A stretch of DNA of 64,000 nt from Gammaproteobacteria bacterium (GCA_038142325.1 JAYQJW010000002.1:352001-416000); one strand, 5' to 3'; positions 1 through 10,983 are shown, counted from the first letter of the stretch. Notes: a model not told the origin generated them from the sequence alone. A program made the numbers and translations.

Positions 1-237
1 AGCTAAAAAGCTAAGGAAGCTGAGGCTGCTCCCGCAGACGAAGAAAAAGCTGAGGCTGCTCCCGCAGACGAAGAAAAAGCTGAGGCTGCTCCCGCAGACG
101 AAGAAAAAGCTGAGGCTGCTCCCGCAGACGAAGAAAAAGCTGAGGCTGCTCCCGCAGACGAAGAAAAAGCTGAGGCTGCTCCCGCAGACGAAGAAAAAGC
201 TGAGGCTGCTCCCGCAGACGAAGAAAAAAAATCATAA
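1..237 (+). CDS. rpsP: 3' end of 30S ribosomal protein S16 with low-complexity acidic/Ala-rich tail (partial)
   Basis: Frame from nt 7 reads KAKE(AEAAPADEEK)x7-KS-stop(235-237). It lies immediately upstream of rimM-trmD-rplS, the conserved rpsP operon. An in-frame TAA at 4-6 overlaps an A-run and is probably an indel. Identity rests on synteny only. Confidence 0.7.
19..228 (+). repeat. Perfect 30-bp tandem repeat x7 (GCTGAGGCTGCTCCCGCAGACGAAGAAAAA)
   Basis: Directly visible; units at 19, 49, 79, 109, 139, 169, 199; encodes AEAAPADEEK. Confidence 0.97.
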
Positions 238-260
238 CATAATTTCACAAGCACAAATTC

Positions 261-755
261 ATGATAAGTGACAATACCATTGTTATTGGTAAAATTATTT
301 CCACTCATGGTATAGATGGTTGGCTAGCTATTGAGTCTTACTCTTATCCTCGGGAAAATATAAAAACTTACAACACTTATTTGATTTTTAATGAAAAATA
401 TTTACCTATCACTATTAATCATCTAAAAATAATGCCAAAAAAAATCATAATTAAATTAGAAGGTTATGACCACATATCTGATTCTGAAAAAATTTTAGGG
501 AAAAAGATATATATCAAAAAATCTGATTTAAAATCACTCAAAGATGGTGAGTATTATTGGCATGACTTAGAAGGATTAGATATATATACAACAAGGGAAC
601 ATCATCTTGGAAAAGTTGATTTTATTTTTAATAACGGATCAAATGATGTCATGGCAATCAAATGCGATAATGATTACATATACATCGCTTTAATAAAAAA
701 AAATATAGTCGTAATTCCTAATGAGAAAATTATAATAAACCATGAAACAATTTAA
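261..755 (+). CDS. rimM: 16S rRNA processing protein RimM
   Basis: IGKIISTHGIDGWL, EYYWHDLEGL and GSNDV motifs; operon position. Confidence 0.95.
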   Translation: MISDNTIVIGKIISTHGIDGWLAIESYSYPRENIKTYNTYLIFNEKYLPITINHLKIMPKKIIIKLEGYDHISDSEKILGKKIYIKKSDLKSLKDGEYYWHDLEGLDIYTTREHHLGKVDFIFNNGSNDVMAIKCDNDYIYIALIKKNIVVIPNEKIIINHETI

Positions 756-1482
756 TATCCTAACTGTATATCCTGATTTCTTTGAGTCATTCAAGCATCA
801 CGGTTTAATTAAAAAATCATTAAACAAAAGGCTAATTGATATCAATATCATTAACTTGAGAGATTTTACTGATGATAAACATAAAAGAGTAGATTTTAAG
901 CCTTACGGAGGAGGTCCTGGAATGGTTATACAATATGCACCTGTAAAAAAAGCTCTTGAATCTCTCAATCCTTCTAAAATATATCTTCTATCTCCTCAAG
1001 GTAAGCATTTAAATCAAAATAAGTTGAACAAGTTGTCGAAAGATGATGCTGTAACTTTAATATGCGGAAGATATGAGGGAGTAGACGAGAGAATCATCAG
1101 TAACTTAATTGATGAGGAAATTTCATTGGGAGATTTTGTTCTATCTGGCGGTGAACTCCCTGCATCAATAATTATTGAGGGTTTAACTCGACTCATCCCA
1201 GGTGCAGCGGATAATATTGATTCGGTAAAAGACGATTCTTTTTATAATTACCTTCTAGATTATCCGCATTATACAAAACCAATAGAAATTGATGGGATGT
1301 CTGTTCCTGAGGTTTTAGTTTCAGGTAATCATGATGAAATAAAAAAATGGAGAAGAAAGCAAGCTTTAGGTGCAACTCAGTTAAAGCGTCCTGATCTTTT
1401 AAAAAACGTGAATCTTTCAAAAGAAGATGATAGACTACTGCAAGAATTCATTGTCGAGCACAAAGAGAGCCAAAATGAGTAA
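742..1482 (+). CDS. trmD: tRNA (guanine37-N1)-methyltransferase
   Basis: [32 protein letters not shown] and [10 protein letters not shown] motifs. Confidence 0.98.
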   Translation: MKQFNILTVYPDFFESFKHHGLIKKSLNKRLIDINIINLRDFTDDKHKRVDFKPYGGGPGMVIQYAPVKKALESLNPSKIYLLSPQGKHLNQNKLNKLSKDDAVTLICGRYEGVDERIISNLIDEEISLGDFVLSGGELPASIIIEGLTRLIPGAADNIDSVKDDSFYNYLLDYPHYTKPIEIDGMSVPEVLVSGNHDEIKKWRRKQALGATQLKRPDLLKNVNLSKEDDRLLQEFIVEHKESQNE

Positions 1483-1819
1483 AATCGTTGAAAATATTAC
1501 ATCAAAGCAGCTAAAAAATATGCCTAATTTCTCAAGTGGCGACACTGTGGTTGTTTCTGTGAGGGTTAAAGAAGGTAAAAGAGAGAGAATCCAAGCATTT
1601 GAAGGTGTAGTCATTTCCAAAAAAAACAAAGGAATCAGCTCTTCATTCACTGTTAGAAAAATATCTTATGGCGAGGGCGTGGAAAGAGTTTTCCAAACAC
1701 ACAGTCCTCTAATAGAAAGTGTAAAAGTAAAACGATTTGGAGATGTTAGGAGAGCAAAACTTTATTATCTAAGAGACCGTTCAGGTAAATCTGCTAGAAT
1801 TAAGGAAAAAATCTCATAA
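1475..1819 (+). CDS. rplS: 50S ribosomal protein L19
   Basis: [26 protein letters not shown]...[19 protein letters not shown]; start reassigned to ATG 1475 (MSKIVE). Confidence 0.98.
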   Translation: MSKIVENITSKQLKNMPNFSSGDTVVVSVRVKEGKRERIQAFEGVVISKKNKGISSSFTVRKISYGEGVERVFQTHSPLIESVKVKRFGDVRRAKLYYLRDRSGKSARIKEKIS

Positions 1820-1828
1820 ACTTTTAAA

Positions 1829-2284
1829 TTGAATCAAGTCTTCATAGGTCTAGGAAGTAACCGCCATCATCCACTTTTTAGAATTCATTGTGCACTAAAG
1901 CAATTAAATAGAATTCAGAAAACCAAATTGGTTAGAAAGTCTAGTTTATATGAGACTGTCCCTTTAGGACCAAAATTCCAACCTAATTACATTAATGCTG
2001 TAGCTGAGCTTAAAACTTTACTCAGTCCGGAAGATCTTTTAAAGGAATTACAGCATCTTGAAAAACTTCACAACAGAAAAAAAACTAAAAAATGGGGCCC
2101 TAGGAGTTTAGACTTAGATATACTTATTTATGATGACATAATTATGAATACTGAGAATCTTATAATACCGCACCCAGGTGTAGAGTATAGAGAATTTGTT
2201 TTAATACCATTGTTTGAAATTACACATTATGATTATCGTATACCAAAATATGGAAAAATTTCCAAGTTAATAAAAAATATATGA
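1829..2284 (+). CDS. folK: 2-amino-4-hydroxy-6-hydroxymethyldihydropteridine pyrophosphokinase
   Basis: IGLGSN, SSLYET.P, WGPRSLDLDIL and LIIPHP motifs; TTG start. Confidence 0.95.
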   Translation: MNQVFIGLGSNRHHPLFRIHCALKQLNRIQKTKLVRKSSLYETVPLGPKFQPNYINAVAELKTLLSPEDLLKELQHLEKLHNRKKTKKWGPRSLDLDILIYDDIIMNTENLIIPHPGVEYREFVLIPLFEITHYDYRIPKYGKISKLIKNI

Positions 2285-2907
2285 TTAGTAATAAAAAATA
2301 TATTGCAGTAGAAGGAGCAATTGGTGTGGGTAAAACTACCTTAGTCAAAAAATCTCTAATTCTATTAAGTGCGATACAATGTTCGAGGATTATGCAGACA
2401 ATCCCTTTTCTTAAAACTTTTTATGATTCTAATTCTCATAATTCTTTTTCTACACAATTATATTTTCTTTTAAAGAGATTGGAACAATCAAAATTATTCA
2501 AAAATAATACGAATTTAATAGTTTCTGATTTTTATTTTGGCAAAGATGATTTGTTTGCAAAGCTTAACTTAAATGAAATTGAGTATAATATGTATACTGA
2601 AATAAGAGAGAAATTAAATTTTAATCCACCAACACCAGACTTGATTATATATCTTCAAGCTCCAACTGATATTCTCATTGATAGAATAAAAAAAAGGAAC
2701 CTTTCTTTTGAGACTAAAATGAAAAAAAAATATATTGAGTCCGTCAATAATATCTATATGAAACATTTTCATGAATATAAATTATCTCCTATATTAATAA
2801 TCAACACATCAAGCGTAAACATATACAATGAAAATGATTTTCAAATATTAATCAAAGAAATATCTTCTGATATAAATGGGAAAAAATATTTTAATCCTGC
2901 ATCATAA
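2281..2907 (+). CDS. Deoxynucleoside kinase family protein
   Basis: P-loop IAVEGAIGVGKTT and PDLIIYLQAP; usual folK-dNK-panB order. An internal pair of compensating indels lies at ~2350-2410. Confidence 0.9.
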   Translation: MISNKKYIAVEGAIGVGKTTLVKKSLILLSAIQCSRIMQTIPFLKTFYDSNSHNSFSTQLYFLLKRLEQSKLFKNNTNLIVSDFYFGKDDLFAKLNLNEIEYNMYTEIREKLNFNPPTPDLIIYLQAPTDILIDRIKKRNLSFETKMKKKYIESVNNIYMKHFHEYKLSPILIINTSSVNIYNENDFQILIKEISSDINGKKYFNPAS

Positions 2908-2912
2908 TAAGT

Positions 2913-3659
2913 ATGAATAAAATTCACAGATTGCTTAAGAGCTATCATAATGGTAAAAAAATATCATGCATTACAGGATATGATGCAAGTATAGCTAAGT
3001 ATCTTGAGGGATCACAAGTTGATATTGTTCTAGTAGGTGATTCATTAGGGCAAGTTATTAAAGGAGAGAAATCTACTCATAATGTCTCATTAGATGAGAT
3101 TATTTACCATACAAGTTGCGTTAGATCTGGTCTCACTGACACACTACTAATGTCAGATCTTCCAAAGAATTCATATACTACAAAAGCTCAAGCATATAAA
3201 AATTCAAAAAAACTATTATCTAAAAACCTTGCAGATATAGTTAAACTAGAAATAGACACGAATAATTTAGAGATAGCAAAATATCTTATAGACAAAAAGA
3301 TTCCAATCTGTGCCCATATTGGTCTTCTACCACAATCTATCTCCAGAAAATCAGGATATAGAAAATATGGTAAAACCAAAAAATGAAGCAACTAAATTGT
3401 TCAATCTTGCTATGGCACTTGATCAGATGGGAGCGATTATTATATTGCTTGAGTGTATTGAAAATAAACTTTCAAAAAAATAACTCTGAACACCAATTCT
3501 CCTGTCATTGGAATAGGATCTGGACAAGCTTTGGATGGACAGGTTGCAGTGATATATGATTTACTTGGAATAAGTTTCAATAGTATTGATCAATTTACTT
3601 CAAGGAATACAAAATCTATCGATCGTCAAATTCTGAAGTTTAAAAAAACACTAAGATAA
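2913..3659 (+). CDS. panB: 3-methyl-2-oxobutanoate hydroxymethyltransferase (frameshifted at A-runs ~3380 and ~3478)
   Basis: TGYDAS, LVGDSLG and AHIGLLPQ motifs; downstream frames give ILLECI and VIGIGSG...DGQVAVIYDLLG. Confidence 0.92.
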
Positions 3660-4486
3660 TGATTGTCCTAACAGATAAAAAAGATTTATTAGTGGCAATT
3701 GATGAGCTTAAGCGAAGCGAAAAAAAAATTACTCTCATACCTACTATGGGAAACCTTCATGAAGGTCATAAAACATTAATTAGATATGCACCCATAGATA
3801 CATTTAAAGTTGCCACTATCTATGTTAATCCATTACAGTTTAATGATAGAGATGATTATATAAACTATCCAAAATCAACTGAAAGCGATATTAACTTATG
3901 TAAAGAGTTAAATATTGACTTAGTGTACGCTCCTGAGCTAGATATAACGACTGAGATTGATATAGAAAATAGAATAGATTTACCAAAATTTTCAGGTTAT
4001 TTGTGTGGCGCTACAAGGAAGGGGCACTTTCAAGGTGTATATACAATAGTTAAACATCTGTTTTCTCTCATCGAACCCGATTACGCATGTTTTGGCAAAA
4101 AGGATTTCCAGCAGCTGGTATTAATTAAATATATTGCATCAACATATTTTCAGAACCTAAAAATTATTGAAGTAGATACTGTTAGAGTTAACAATATTGC
4201 ATTAAGCTCAAGATTGAGTCGACTAGATGAAAAAACCATATGTGATGGTCAAATTATATTTAAAAGTCTTCTAAAAATAAGAGAACAATTACTTAAAGGG
4301 GATAAGTTTTCTGAAATAAAATACTCATACATTGATGAGATAGAAAAACTAGATTTCAATGTGGAATATCTTGAACATAGAAATAACGATACATTGGAGA
4401 CAGCAGAGAATCATTTGAGTAACACATCTATATTTATCGCATGCAACGTTAAGAATGTTAGACTAATTGATAATATACAAATATAA
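3659..4486 (+). CDS. panC: Pantoate--beta-alanine ligase
   Basis: PTMGNLHEGH, FGKKDFQQL, ALSSR and RLIDN motifs. Confidence 0.96.
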   Translation: MIVLTDKKDLLVAIDELKRSEKKITLIPTMGNLHEGHKTLIRYAPIDTFKVATIYVNPLQFNDRDDYINYPKSTESDINLCKELNIDLVYAPELDITTEIDIENRIDLPKFSGYLCGATRKGHFQGVYTIVKHLFSLIEPDYACFGKKDFQQLVLIKYIASTYFQNLKIIEVDTVRVNNIALSSRLSRLDEKTICDGQIIFKSLLKIREQLLKGDKFSEIKYSYIDEIEKLDFNVEYLEHRNNDTLETAENHLSNTSIFIACNVKNVRLIDNIQI

Positions 4487-4516
4487 TTTAGCCTATAAAA
4501 ATAGTAACATGTAAAT

Positions 4517-4894
4517 ATGAAAAGAAGTTTTTTAAATTCTAAAATCCACAAAGCTACAATTACTGGCTCAGATATTAATTATGAAGGCTCCTGTTTAATA
4601 GATATTTCTATTTTGAATGCGGCAAAGATATCTCCATTTGAAAAAATAGACATCTACAATATTACAAATGGCGAGAGGCTTTCAACTTATGCTATACCAG
4701 GACCTGCTGATTCAGGAGAAATATGCGCAAATGGCGCATGTTGTCATAAAATCAATGTTGCAGATGAAGTTATCATTTGCACTTATTGTGATTTGTCTGT
4801 TGAAGAAATAGACAATCACAGTCCTACTATTTTATGTTTAAATAGTAAAAATGAAATTGTGGAAAAAAATAGTCAAAAAATCAAACTGGCATGA
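4517..4894 (+). CDS. panD: Aspartate 1-decarboxylase
   Basis: SKIHKATIT, YEGS cleavage site, NGERLSTY. Confidence 0.95.
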   Translation: MKRSFLNSKIHKATITGSDINYEGSCLIDISILNAAKISPFEKIDIYNITNGERLSTYAIPGPADSGEICANGACCHKINVADEVIICTYCDLSVEEIDNHSPTILCLNSKNEIVEKNSQKIKLA

Positions 4895-4948
4895 TTCATG
4901 CAATATAAATAACACACAAGGACTACAATTCTTTTCAAGGAGTTATGA

Positions 4949-5278
4949 ATGAATAAATACAATATAAATGATATTGGTGGAGTAGTTGCTAAAGAAGATG
5001 AAAGATATAAAGTATGTGATAACTCAGAATTGAATAATCTTGTACTTAGTAGTACTGATTTGAACCCAAACATGAGCACCTCAGGTCATAAACATCCAGG
5101 CCAAGAAGAGATCTATTTTTTTATAAAAGGTAGCGGAGAAATGGAGATAAATGATAAAAAATTTCCAGTTTCAAAAGGGGATACGGTTCTCATTAAAGAT
5201 GGAGATTTTCATAGGGTCCATGCTGGCAATGACGGATGCTACTTTGTTTGTGTCTTTGATGGCAAGAGAAGTCACTAG
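4949..5278 (+). CDS. Cupin domain protein
   Basis: GHKHPGQEEIYFFIKGSG...GDFHRV cupin motifs; AGGAG RBS upstream. Confidence 0.85.
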   Translation: MNKYNINDIGGVVAKEDERYKVCDNSELNNLVLSSTDLNPNMSTSGHKHPGQEEIYFFIKGSGEMEINDKKFPVSKGDTVLIKDGDFHRVHAGNDGCYFVCVFDGKRSH

Positions 5279-6351
5279 AGAATTTCTAATATTTTTTCAA
5301 TATTATAATCCATTTTATTCTTATCATCACAAACATGTGTAATGTGTCCTAATTTTCTATTCTCTCGTTCCGTTTTATGATAATCATGTACATGGATATT
5401 AAACTCTTTACAAATTTTGTTTATTTTATCGTTACTTGGGAATTTAGATAGAATATTAAACATAACTGAATTTTTAAAATTTATATTTGATTCAAAAGAT
5501 TCTCCAGTTATGGCATTAACATGAGCTAGGAACTGACTTAGACTCGATCCCTCAATCGTCCAATGACCTGAATTATGAACTCTCGGTGCCATTTCATTTG
5601 CTAACAACTGATTAGCTTTAACAAAAAATTCAATTACTAAAACTCCAATATATTTCATGGATTCAAGTAACTTAGCTCCAATAATTTCTGCATCAGATTG
5701 AAGGTGAGTGTATTTACTCGGAAACCTGCTGACACTAAGAATACCATTTTTATGAGTATTCTCAATTAGAGGAAAATACATCACACTTTCATCAACAGAT
5801 TTTACACATATTAGTGAAACTTCAGCATCAAAGTTTACAACTTCTTCTAGTATGCATTCTTGACTGATTAAATCTGTCATGATTTCTGTGTTAGGTTTTA
5901 TGCGATATTGATTTTTACCATCATAACCAAATCGCCGTGATTTGAGTATATAACTTTTATTCTGTTGTATGTGTTTAGTTAAATCATCCAGGCTGTTTAC
6001 CTCAGAAAAATTTGTAGTTTTTATATCAAGTTTTTTGAAAAGATTTTTTTCTTTGAGTCTATCTTGACATATTTCTAGAGCATTAGGACAAGGGCGAACA
6101 GGAATATATTTTTCAATTTCCCTCATTGACTCAACACACACATTTTCAAAATCAATTGTAGCTATGTCGCAATGTTTAGAAACTTTCGCTAGCGTATTTT
6201 TATCGTTATATTCACTTTGTATATGTTGGGCATAATTACTTGCAGGTGGATTATCGCTTGGATCGATAACTAAAAAATCATGTTTTTTTTCTTTGTCTGA
6301 CTGAATCATCATCATTGCGAGTTGACCAGCACCAAAAATAGCAATCTTCAT
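5275..6351 (-). CDS. purK: N5-carboxyaminoimidazole ribonucleotide synthase
   Basis: GAGQLAMM, GYDGKNQ, NEMAPRVHNSGHWT and RKLGH motifs. Confidence 0.96.
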   Translation of the reverse strand: MKIAIFGAGQLAMMMIQSDKEKKHDFLVIDPSDNPPASNYAQHIQSEYNDKNTLAKVSKHCDIATIDFENVCVESMREIEKYIPVRPCPNALEICQDRLKEKNLFKKLDIKTTNFSEVNSLDDLTKHIQQNKSYILKSRRFGYDGKNQYRIKPNTEIMTDLISQECILEEVVNFDAEVSLICVKSVDESVMYFPLIENTHKNGILSVSRFPSKYTHLQSDAEIIGAKLLESMKYIGVLVIEFFVKANQLLANEMAPRVHNSGHWTIEGSSLSQFLAHVNAITGESFESNINFKNSVMFNILSKFPSNDKINKICKEFNIHVHDYHKTERENRKLGHITHVCDDKNKMDYNIEKILEIL

Positions 6352-6845
6352 TAGAGAATTTTTGTAGTTTTCAAGACACGTTTAGTTTGTTTTTTTCTGT
6401 AATCTAATATCTTTTTATTTATTTGAGGATATTTTATTCCAAGTATAGAAGCAGCTAACAGACCAGCATTGATAGAGCCTGCTTTACCTATTGCAACTGT
6501 TGCAACCGGTATTCCTGCTGGCATTTGAACAATCGATAAAAGTGAATCTTTACCCTCTAGCGACTTTGTCTTCACTGGAACACCAATGACAGGTAAATGT
6601 GTTTTAGCAGCAGTCATGCCAGGTAGGTGGGCAGCTCCGCCAGCACCAGCTATAATAACTTCTAAGCCTCTATCACACGCACTCTCCGCATAGTCATATA
6701 AAAGATCGGGCGTTCTATGAGCCGACACAACCCTTTTTTCATGTTTAATTGATAGATTTGTAAGAATATCAGAGGCATGTTTCATAATAGGCCAATCAGA
6801 TTGTGATCCCATTATTATACCGACAAGTATTTGTGATCTTTTCAT
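6351..6845 (-). CDS. purE: N5-CAIR mutase
   Basis: [27 protein letters not shown] and [14 protein letters not shown] motifs. Confidence 0.98.
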   Translation of the reverse strand: MKRSQILVGIIMGSQSDWPIMKHASDILTNLSIKHEKRVVSAHRTPDLLYDYAESACDRGLEVIIAGAGGAAHLPGMTAAKTHLPVIGVPVKTKSLEGKDSLLSIVQMPAGIPVATVAIGKAGSINAGLLAASILGIKYPQINKKILDYRKKQTKRVLKTTKIL

Positions 6846-6940
6846 TTAAAAAAAATAATTGTAACAGCTATATCAAGAACATAACAATACTTTTGTTGGT
6901 ATTATTATAATTATCCTAAAAGTATTGTATTATTCAAATT

Positions 6941-7879
6941 ATGATTATTGTTACTGGTGGTGCTGGTTTTATCGGCGCAAATCTTGTTAGATCACTTCTT
7001 GAAATAAATAAAGAAATATTAGTTGTTGAGGAATTAAATCGATATGAAAAGAAATTTAGTAATATCGAAAATTTAGAAATATTAGATTGTATAGGACACG
7101 ATGTTTTTCTTAAGAATCTAAACAATGGAAAATACAACAATAAAATCGAACACATCTTTCACTTAGGAGCTTGTTCAAAAACTACTGAGCCGGATAGAGA
7201 TTATGTAATGGAGATGAATCTTAATTATTCGAAAAATATTCTTGAACATTCCTCCAATAATAATATTAATCTTGTCTATGCATCTTCGGCATCCGTGTAT
7301 GGTGAAGGCAATACTTTTGTAGAAAATCCTGAAAATGAATCATCATTGAATCACTACTCTGAATCTAAGCTTTTGTTTGATAATTATGTGAGAACAAATT
7401 TTAATAAAATAAATTCTCAAGTTGTTGGCCTAAGATATTTCAATGTCTATGGACCATATGAACAGCATAAAGAAGTTATGAGCAGTGTGATATATCACTT
7501 TTCAAATCAACATAAATCACAAGGCATGTTAAAACTTTTTAGAGGGAGTCACGGATATGCTGATGGCGAGCAAAGAAGAGATTTTGTGTACGTCAAAGAT
7601 ACTGTCGATATAAAAATTTGGTTTTTACATAATCAAAAATCTGGCATATTCAACGTGGGTACTGGAAAAAGTAGATCATTTAATGATGTAGCTAATGCTG
7701 TGATTGATTTCTATGAATCAGGTCATATAGAATATATCGATTTTCCAGATGGCCTTGAGAAACAGTATCAAGCATTCACAGAAGCTGATATGACTAACCT
7801 GAAAACTATAGGATACACAAAAGACGCAACAGAGTTGGAAGAAGGTGTAAAACAGTATCTATCTTTTCTGAACAGGTAG
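6941..7879 (+). CDS. hldD: ADP-L-glycero-D-manno-heptose 6-epimerase
   Basis: MIIVTGGAGFIG, YASSASVYG, YxxxK, RYFNVYGP and YQAFTEAD motifs; next to waaF. Confidence 0.95.
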   Translation: MIIVTGGAGFIGANLVRSLLEINKEILVVEELNRYEKKFSNIENLEILDCIGHDVFLKNLNNGKYNNKIEHIFHLGACSKTTEPDRDYVMEMNLNYSKNILEHSSNNNINLVYASSASVYGEGNTFVENPENESSLNHYSESKLLFDNYVRTNFNKINSQVVGLRYFNVYGPYEQHKEVMSSVIYHFSNQHKSQGMLKLFRGSHGYADGEQRRDFVYVKDTVDIKIWFLHNQKSGIFNVGTGKSRSFNDVANAVIDFYESGHIEYIDFPDGLEKQYQAFTEADMTNLKTIGYTKDATELEEGVKQYLSFLNR

Positions 7880-7883
7880 TTAT

Positions 7884-8870
7884 ATGAACAAAAACAGAAT
7901 TCTAGTGATAGCGCCAGCTTGGTTAGGTGATCTTGTTATTAGCTTATCTTTCTTAAAAGCTCTTAAGAGAAAATTTGTAAATCATGAAATCGATTTAATG
8001 GTAAATGAGAATCTTTATGAGGTTACAAAATATTTTCCAGATATATCAAAAATAATTCCTGTAAAAATTAAACATGGAAAATTATCTTTCTTTTATCGAA
8101 TAAGATTGGGCATGCAACTTAGAAATAACCATTATGCTAAATGTTACATACTGCCAAACAGTATTAAGTCTTCATTGATACCATTTATAGCGAAGATCAA
8201 GGAAAGAATAGGTTACATGCGTGAGTTTAGATATGGTTTAATTAATCGAATAATAGAACCTGTTGATCGTGAAGAAGGTATGGTAAATCGATACCTTAAT
8301 CTTTTGGGTTCCCAGTACGATGAGAGTTTGATACCAAGAATAAATTACAATAATGACAAAAAGATTGTTAATAAAACTTATTCTGCCGATAAAGAGTATA
8401 TTGTATTTTGTCCTGATGCTGAATATGGTCCAGCTAAAAGATGGCCAATTAATAAATGGATTGAATTAGCCAATAAGATAAATAATCAATATCAAATAAT
8501 TTTTATTGGTTTAGATCAATCAATAGAAACAAGTTTGGAATCAATCAAAACTGATTACATTAATTTAATTAATAAAACCTCACTGAATGATATTTTAAAT
8601 ATCTTAAGTAATGCTAGTTGTGTTATTGCTAACGATTCTGGCTTAATGCATTTAGCAGCGGCTCTTGATAAACCAGTCGTAGGAATTTTTGGTTCAACAT
8701 CACCTAAATATACACCGCCTCTTACAGATGAATATAAAAAATCTATCATTTATAAAAATTTAAGCTGCAGTCCATGCTTCAAGCGAGAATGTCCATTGGA
8801 ACATCTAAATTGTTTAAATGATATTTCATCTGATCACATAAGAGATGAAATATTTAAATTAATCAAGTAA
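7884..8870 (+). CDS. waaF: LPS heptosyltransferase II
   Basis: APAWLGDLV, AEYGPAKRWP, NDSGLMHLAAA and CSPCFKRECP motifs. Confidence 0.92.
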   Translation: MNKNRILVIAPAWLGDLVISLSFLKALKRKFVNHEIDLMVNENLYEVTKYFPDISKIIPVKIKHGKLSFFYRIRLGMQLRNNHYAKCYILPNSIKSSLIPFIAKIKERIGYMREFRYGLINRIIEPVDREEGMVNRYLNLLGSQYDESLIPRINYNNDKKIVNKTYSADKEYIVFCPDAEYGPAKRWPINKWIELANKINNQYQIIFIGLDQSIETSLESIKTDYINLINKTSLNDILNILSNASCVIANDSGLMHLAAALDKPVVGIFGSTSPKYTPPLTDEYKKSIIYKNLSCSPCFKRECPLEHLNCLNDISSDHIRDEIFKLIK

Positions 8871-9812
8871 GTGGTCGTATATCAATTTAGCGGCTTTTAT
8901 TAGATTAATTTCTATATACTCATTATTATTACCAATGTCAGTGAATGATAATTTGCTATGACTTGGATTAATAGTGCTCCACCTCAAGGATGTAGATGAA
9001 ATTTTAGATGGATAAAACCCAACAGTTTTTTTACCTAATGCTGCAGCCACATGTAATGGTCCAGTGGAGCCCGCAATAAAGATGTCACATTTATTAATAT
9101 TATCGAACATCTGAATTAAGCTTTCTGTTGGATTGATAGTTTTAATGTTTAAATTATGGTTAATTTTTTCTAGCTTGAGACATTTATCATAATCATTTAC
9201 ATCACAATGAATAGTAAAATTACACTCTTTGTAATTATTTATTTCTTCACAAAGTTTGATAAAGTCTCTAGGAGCAAGGGATTTAGAGGATCCACCTGTA
9301 TAGGGATGAATGAATACACTTTGCTTTTTTTCATTCGATAAATCTTTGGTTTTAGTTAAACTAAAATATGATGAATTACTATCATTTATGTTATAGCCAT
9401 TATCTTTAAGAAAATATTTTGCTAAATCCAGATTATATTCATATTCTGGTTTCACAGACAAAGATCGATTTTGTTTTATTGTTCTATTATAAAAAATCTG
9501 TGCGAGTTTAGTTGCTGGAGCATACCTTTTTGCTATTGCTGATCTATAAAGTTTGTAGCCAATATTAAATGTGGAGAAAAAACTTATTACGAAGTCATAG
9601 TTATATCTCTTAATCTCATTTACTAATTGTGCATTGTCACAGATAGCGTTATCAATATAATTCGATATAGTCCTTATATCAGTAAATTTTTTATCTATGA
9701 GACAATCAACCTGTATATCATTTATTGAGTTTCTAATTAACTTTAATGCTGGGAAGATTAAAATTAAATCACCAAGTTTATCATTTCTCACAACTAACAA
9801 TTTTTTCATCAT
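8859..9812 (-). CDS. Glycosyltransferase family 9
   Basis: RNDKLGDLIL, IHPYTGGS and STGPLHVAAALG motifs. Confidence 0.9.
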   Translation of the reverse strand: MMKKLLVVRNDKLGDLILIFPALKLIRNSINDIQVDCLIDKKFTDIRTISNYIDNAICDNAQLVNEIKRYNYDFVISFFSTFNIGYKLYRSAIAKRYAPATKLAQIFYNRTIKQNRSLSVKPEYEYNLDLAKYFLKDNGYNINDSNSSYFSLTKTKDLSNEKKQSVFIHPYTGGSSKSLAPRDFIKLCEEINNYKECNFTIHCDVNDYDKCLKLEKINHNLNIKTINPTESLIQMFDNINKCDIFIAGSTGPLHVAAALGKKTVGFYPSKISSTSLRWSTINPSHSKLSFTDIGNNNEYIEINLIKAAKLIYDHLLD

Positions 9813-9900
9813 TGTATTACATCAATATTTAGTACATCTTACAAATTATTCTTTGTTCATGTACCAAAATTAAGATTATAATGGATTCAAAATTATATAA

Positions 9901-10974
9901 ATGAATAGAATATTAGCCCTATGTATGTCACCTGATCAAGGTGGCTTAGAACTATATTTCCTAAAGTTGGTTAAATATTATCGACTTAAGCTAAATCGAA
10001 ATATTCATGTTGCTTGCTCAGAAGACTCATATATTTCAAATCAAATTTCTGATGATAAAATTATATGTAAATCAAAAAGTTTTATTAAAAATATTTTTAT
10101 TTTAAGAAAATATATCCATGATAATGATATTGATACTATACATGTAAGCTGGGCAAAAGATTTATTTTTATCTGTTCTGTTAAAAAAACTATCTAAAAAA
10201 CCTATCAAACTAATATTTTATAGACAAATGAAATTATCACGTCCAAAAAAAGATATTTATCATAAATTCATATACAGAAATATAGATCACTTTTTAGTTA
10301 TAACAAAAAAACTATACAATGAATCATGTATACATTTACCCATTGATAACTCCAAAATACATTTATTGACATATGGGATAGAAAAACCTTCAGAAAATCT
10401 GATTGTTACTAAGGAAAAATTTTTTAATCAATCTCAGTTAGATACTTCAGTGTTTACAATTGGAGTCTTTTCAAGAATAGAGGAACAAAAAGGACAACAT
10501 CTTGTCTTACAAGCAATTAATAAAAGTAATCATGATATTCAATTGTGCGTTATAGGACACTGTATGAAGCATGAATATAAAAATAGACTCATTGAAGATA
10601 TACAGCTTTATAAATTAAATCAAAAAGTAAAATTCATTGATTTTGTTAACATGCCCATGACATATATGCCTTGTTTCGACTTAGTGGTGTTACCTACCTA
10701 TGAGGAGACATTTGGATTGATTGTCGTAGAAGCAATGCTGATGAAAGTACCTGTTATTGGAAGTAATGCTGGTGGCGTACCTGAAATTATTATAAACAAA
10801 CATAATGGTTTATTATTTGAGACAAAAAATTATGTTGATTTACAAAAGAAAATTGACCAAATGATTGAAGATGTTCAATTAAGACAAAAAATAATACATA
10901 ATGGATACGAGCACTCAATCAAATATTACGATTATGATAACCACTTTAAGAAACTTGAGAAAATTATAAATTAG
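9901..10974 (+). CDS. Glycosyltransferase family 4
   Basis: RIEEQKGQ and ETFGLIVVEAM...GGVPE GT-B motifs. Confidence 0.9.
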   Translation: MNRILALCMSPDQGGLELYFLKLVKYYRLKLNRNIHVACSEDSYISNQISDDKIICKSKSFIKNIFILRKYIHDNDIDTIHVSWAKDLFLSVLLKKLSKKPIKLIFYRQMKLSRPKKDIYHKFIYRNIDHFLVITKKLYNESCIHLPIDNSKIHLLTYGIEKPSENLIVTKEKFFNQSQLDTSVFTIGVFSRIEEQKGQHLVLQAINKSNHDIQLCVIGHCMKHEYKNRLIEDIQLYKLNQKVKFIDFVNMPMTYMPCFDLVVLPTYEETFGLIVVEAMLMKVPVIGSNAGGVPEIIINKHNGLLFETKNYVDLQKKIDQMIEDVQLRQKIIHNGYEHSIKYYDYDNHFKKLEKIIN

Positions 10975-10983
10975 TAAATATTT

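Noticed and set aside
19-228. 30-bp repeats as a CRISPR array
   Set aside because: Units are contiguous with no spacers, keep a reading frame, and no cas genes are present
3-308. Minus-strand ORFs 3..308 and 11..235 with repetitive peptides
   Set aside because: Antisense shadows of the coding repeat on the + strand upstream of rimM
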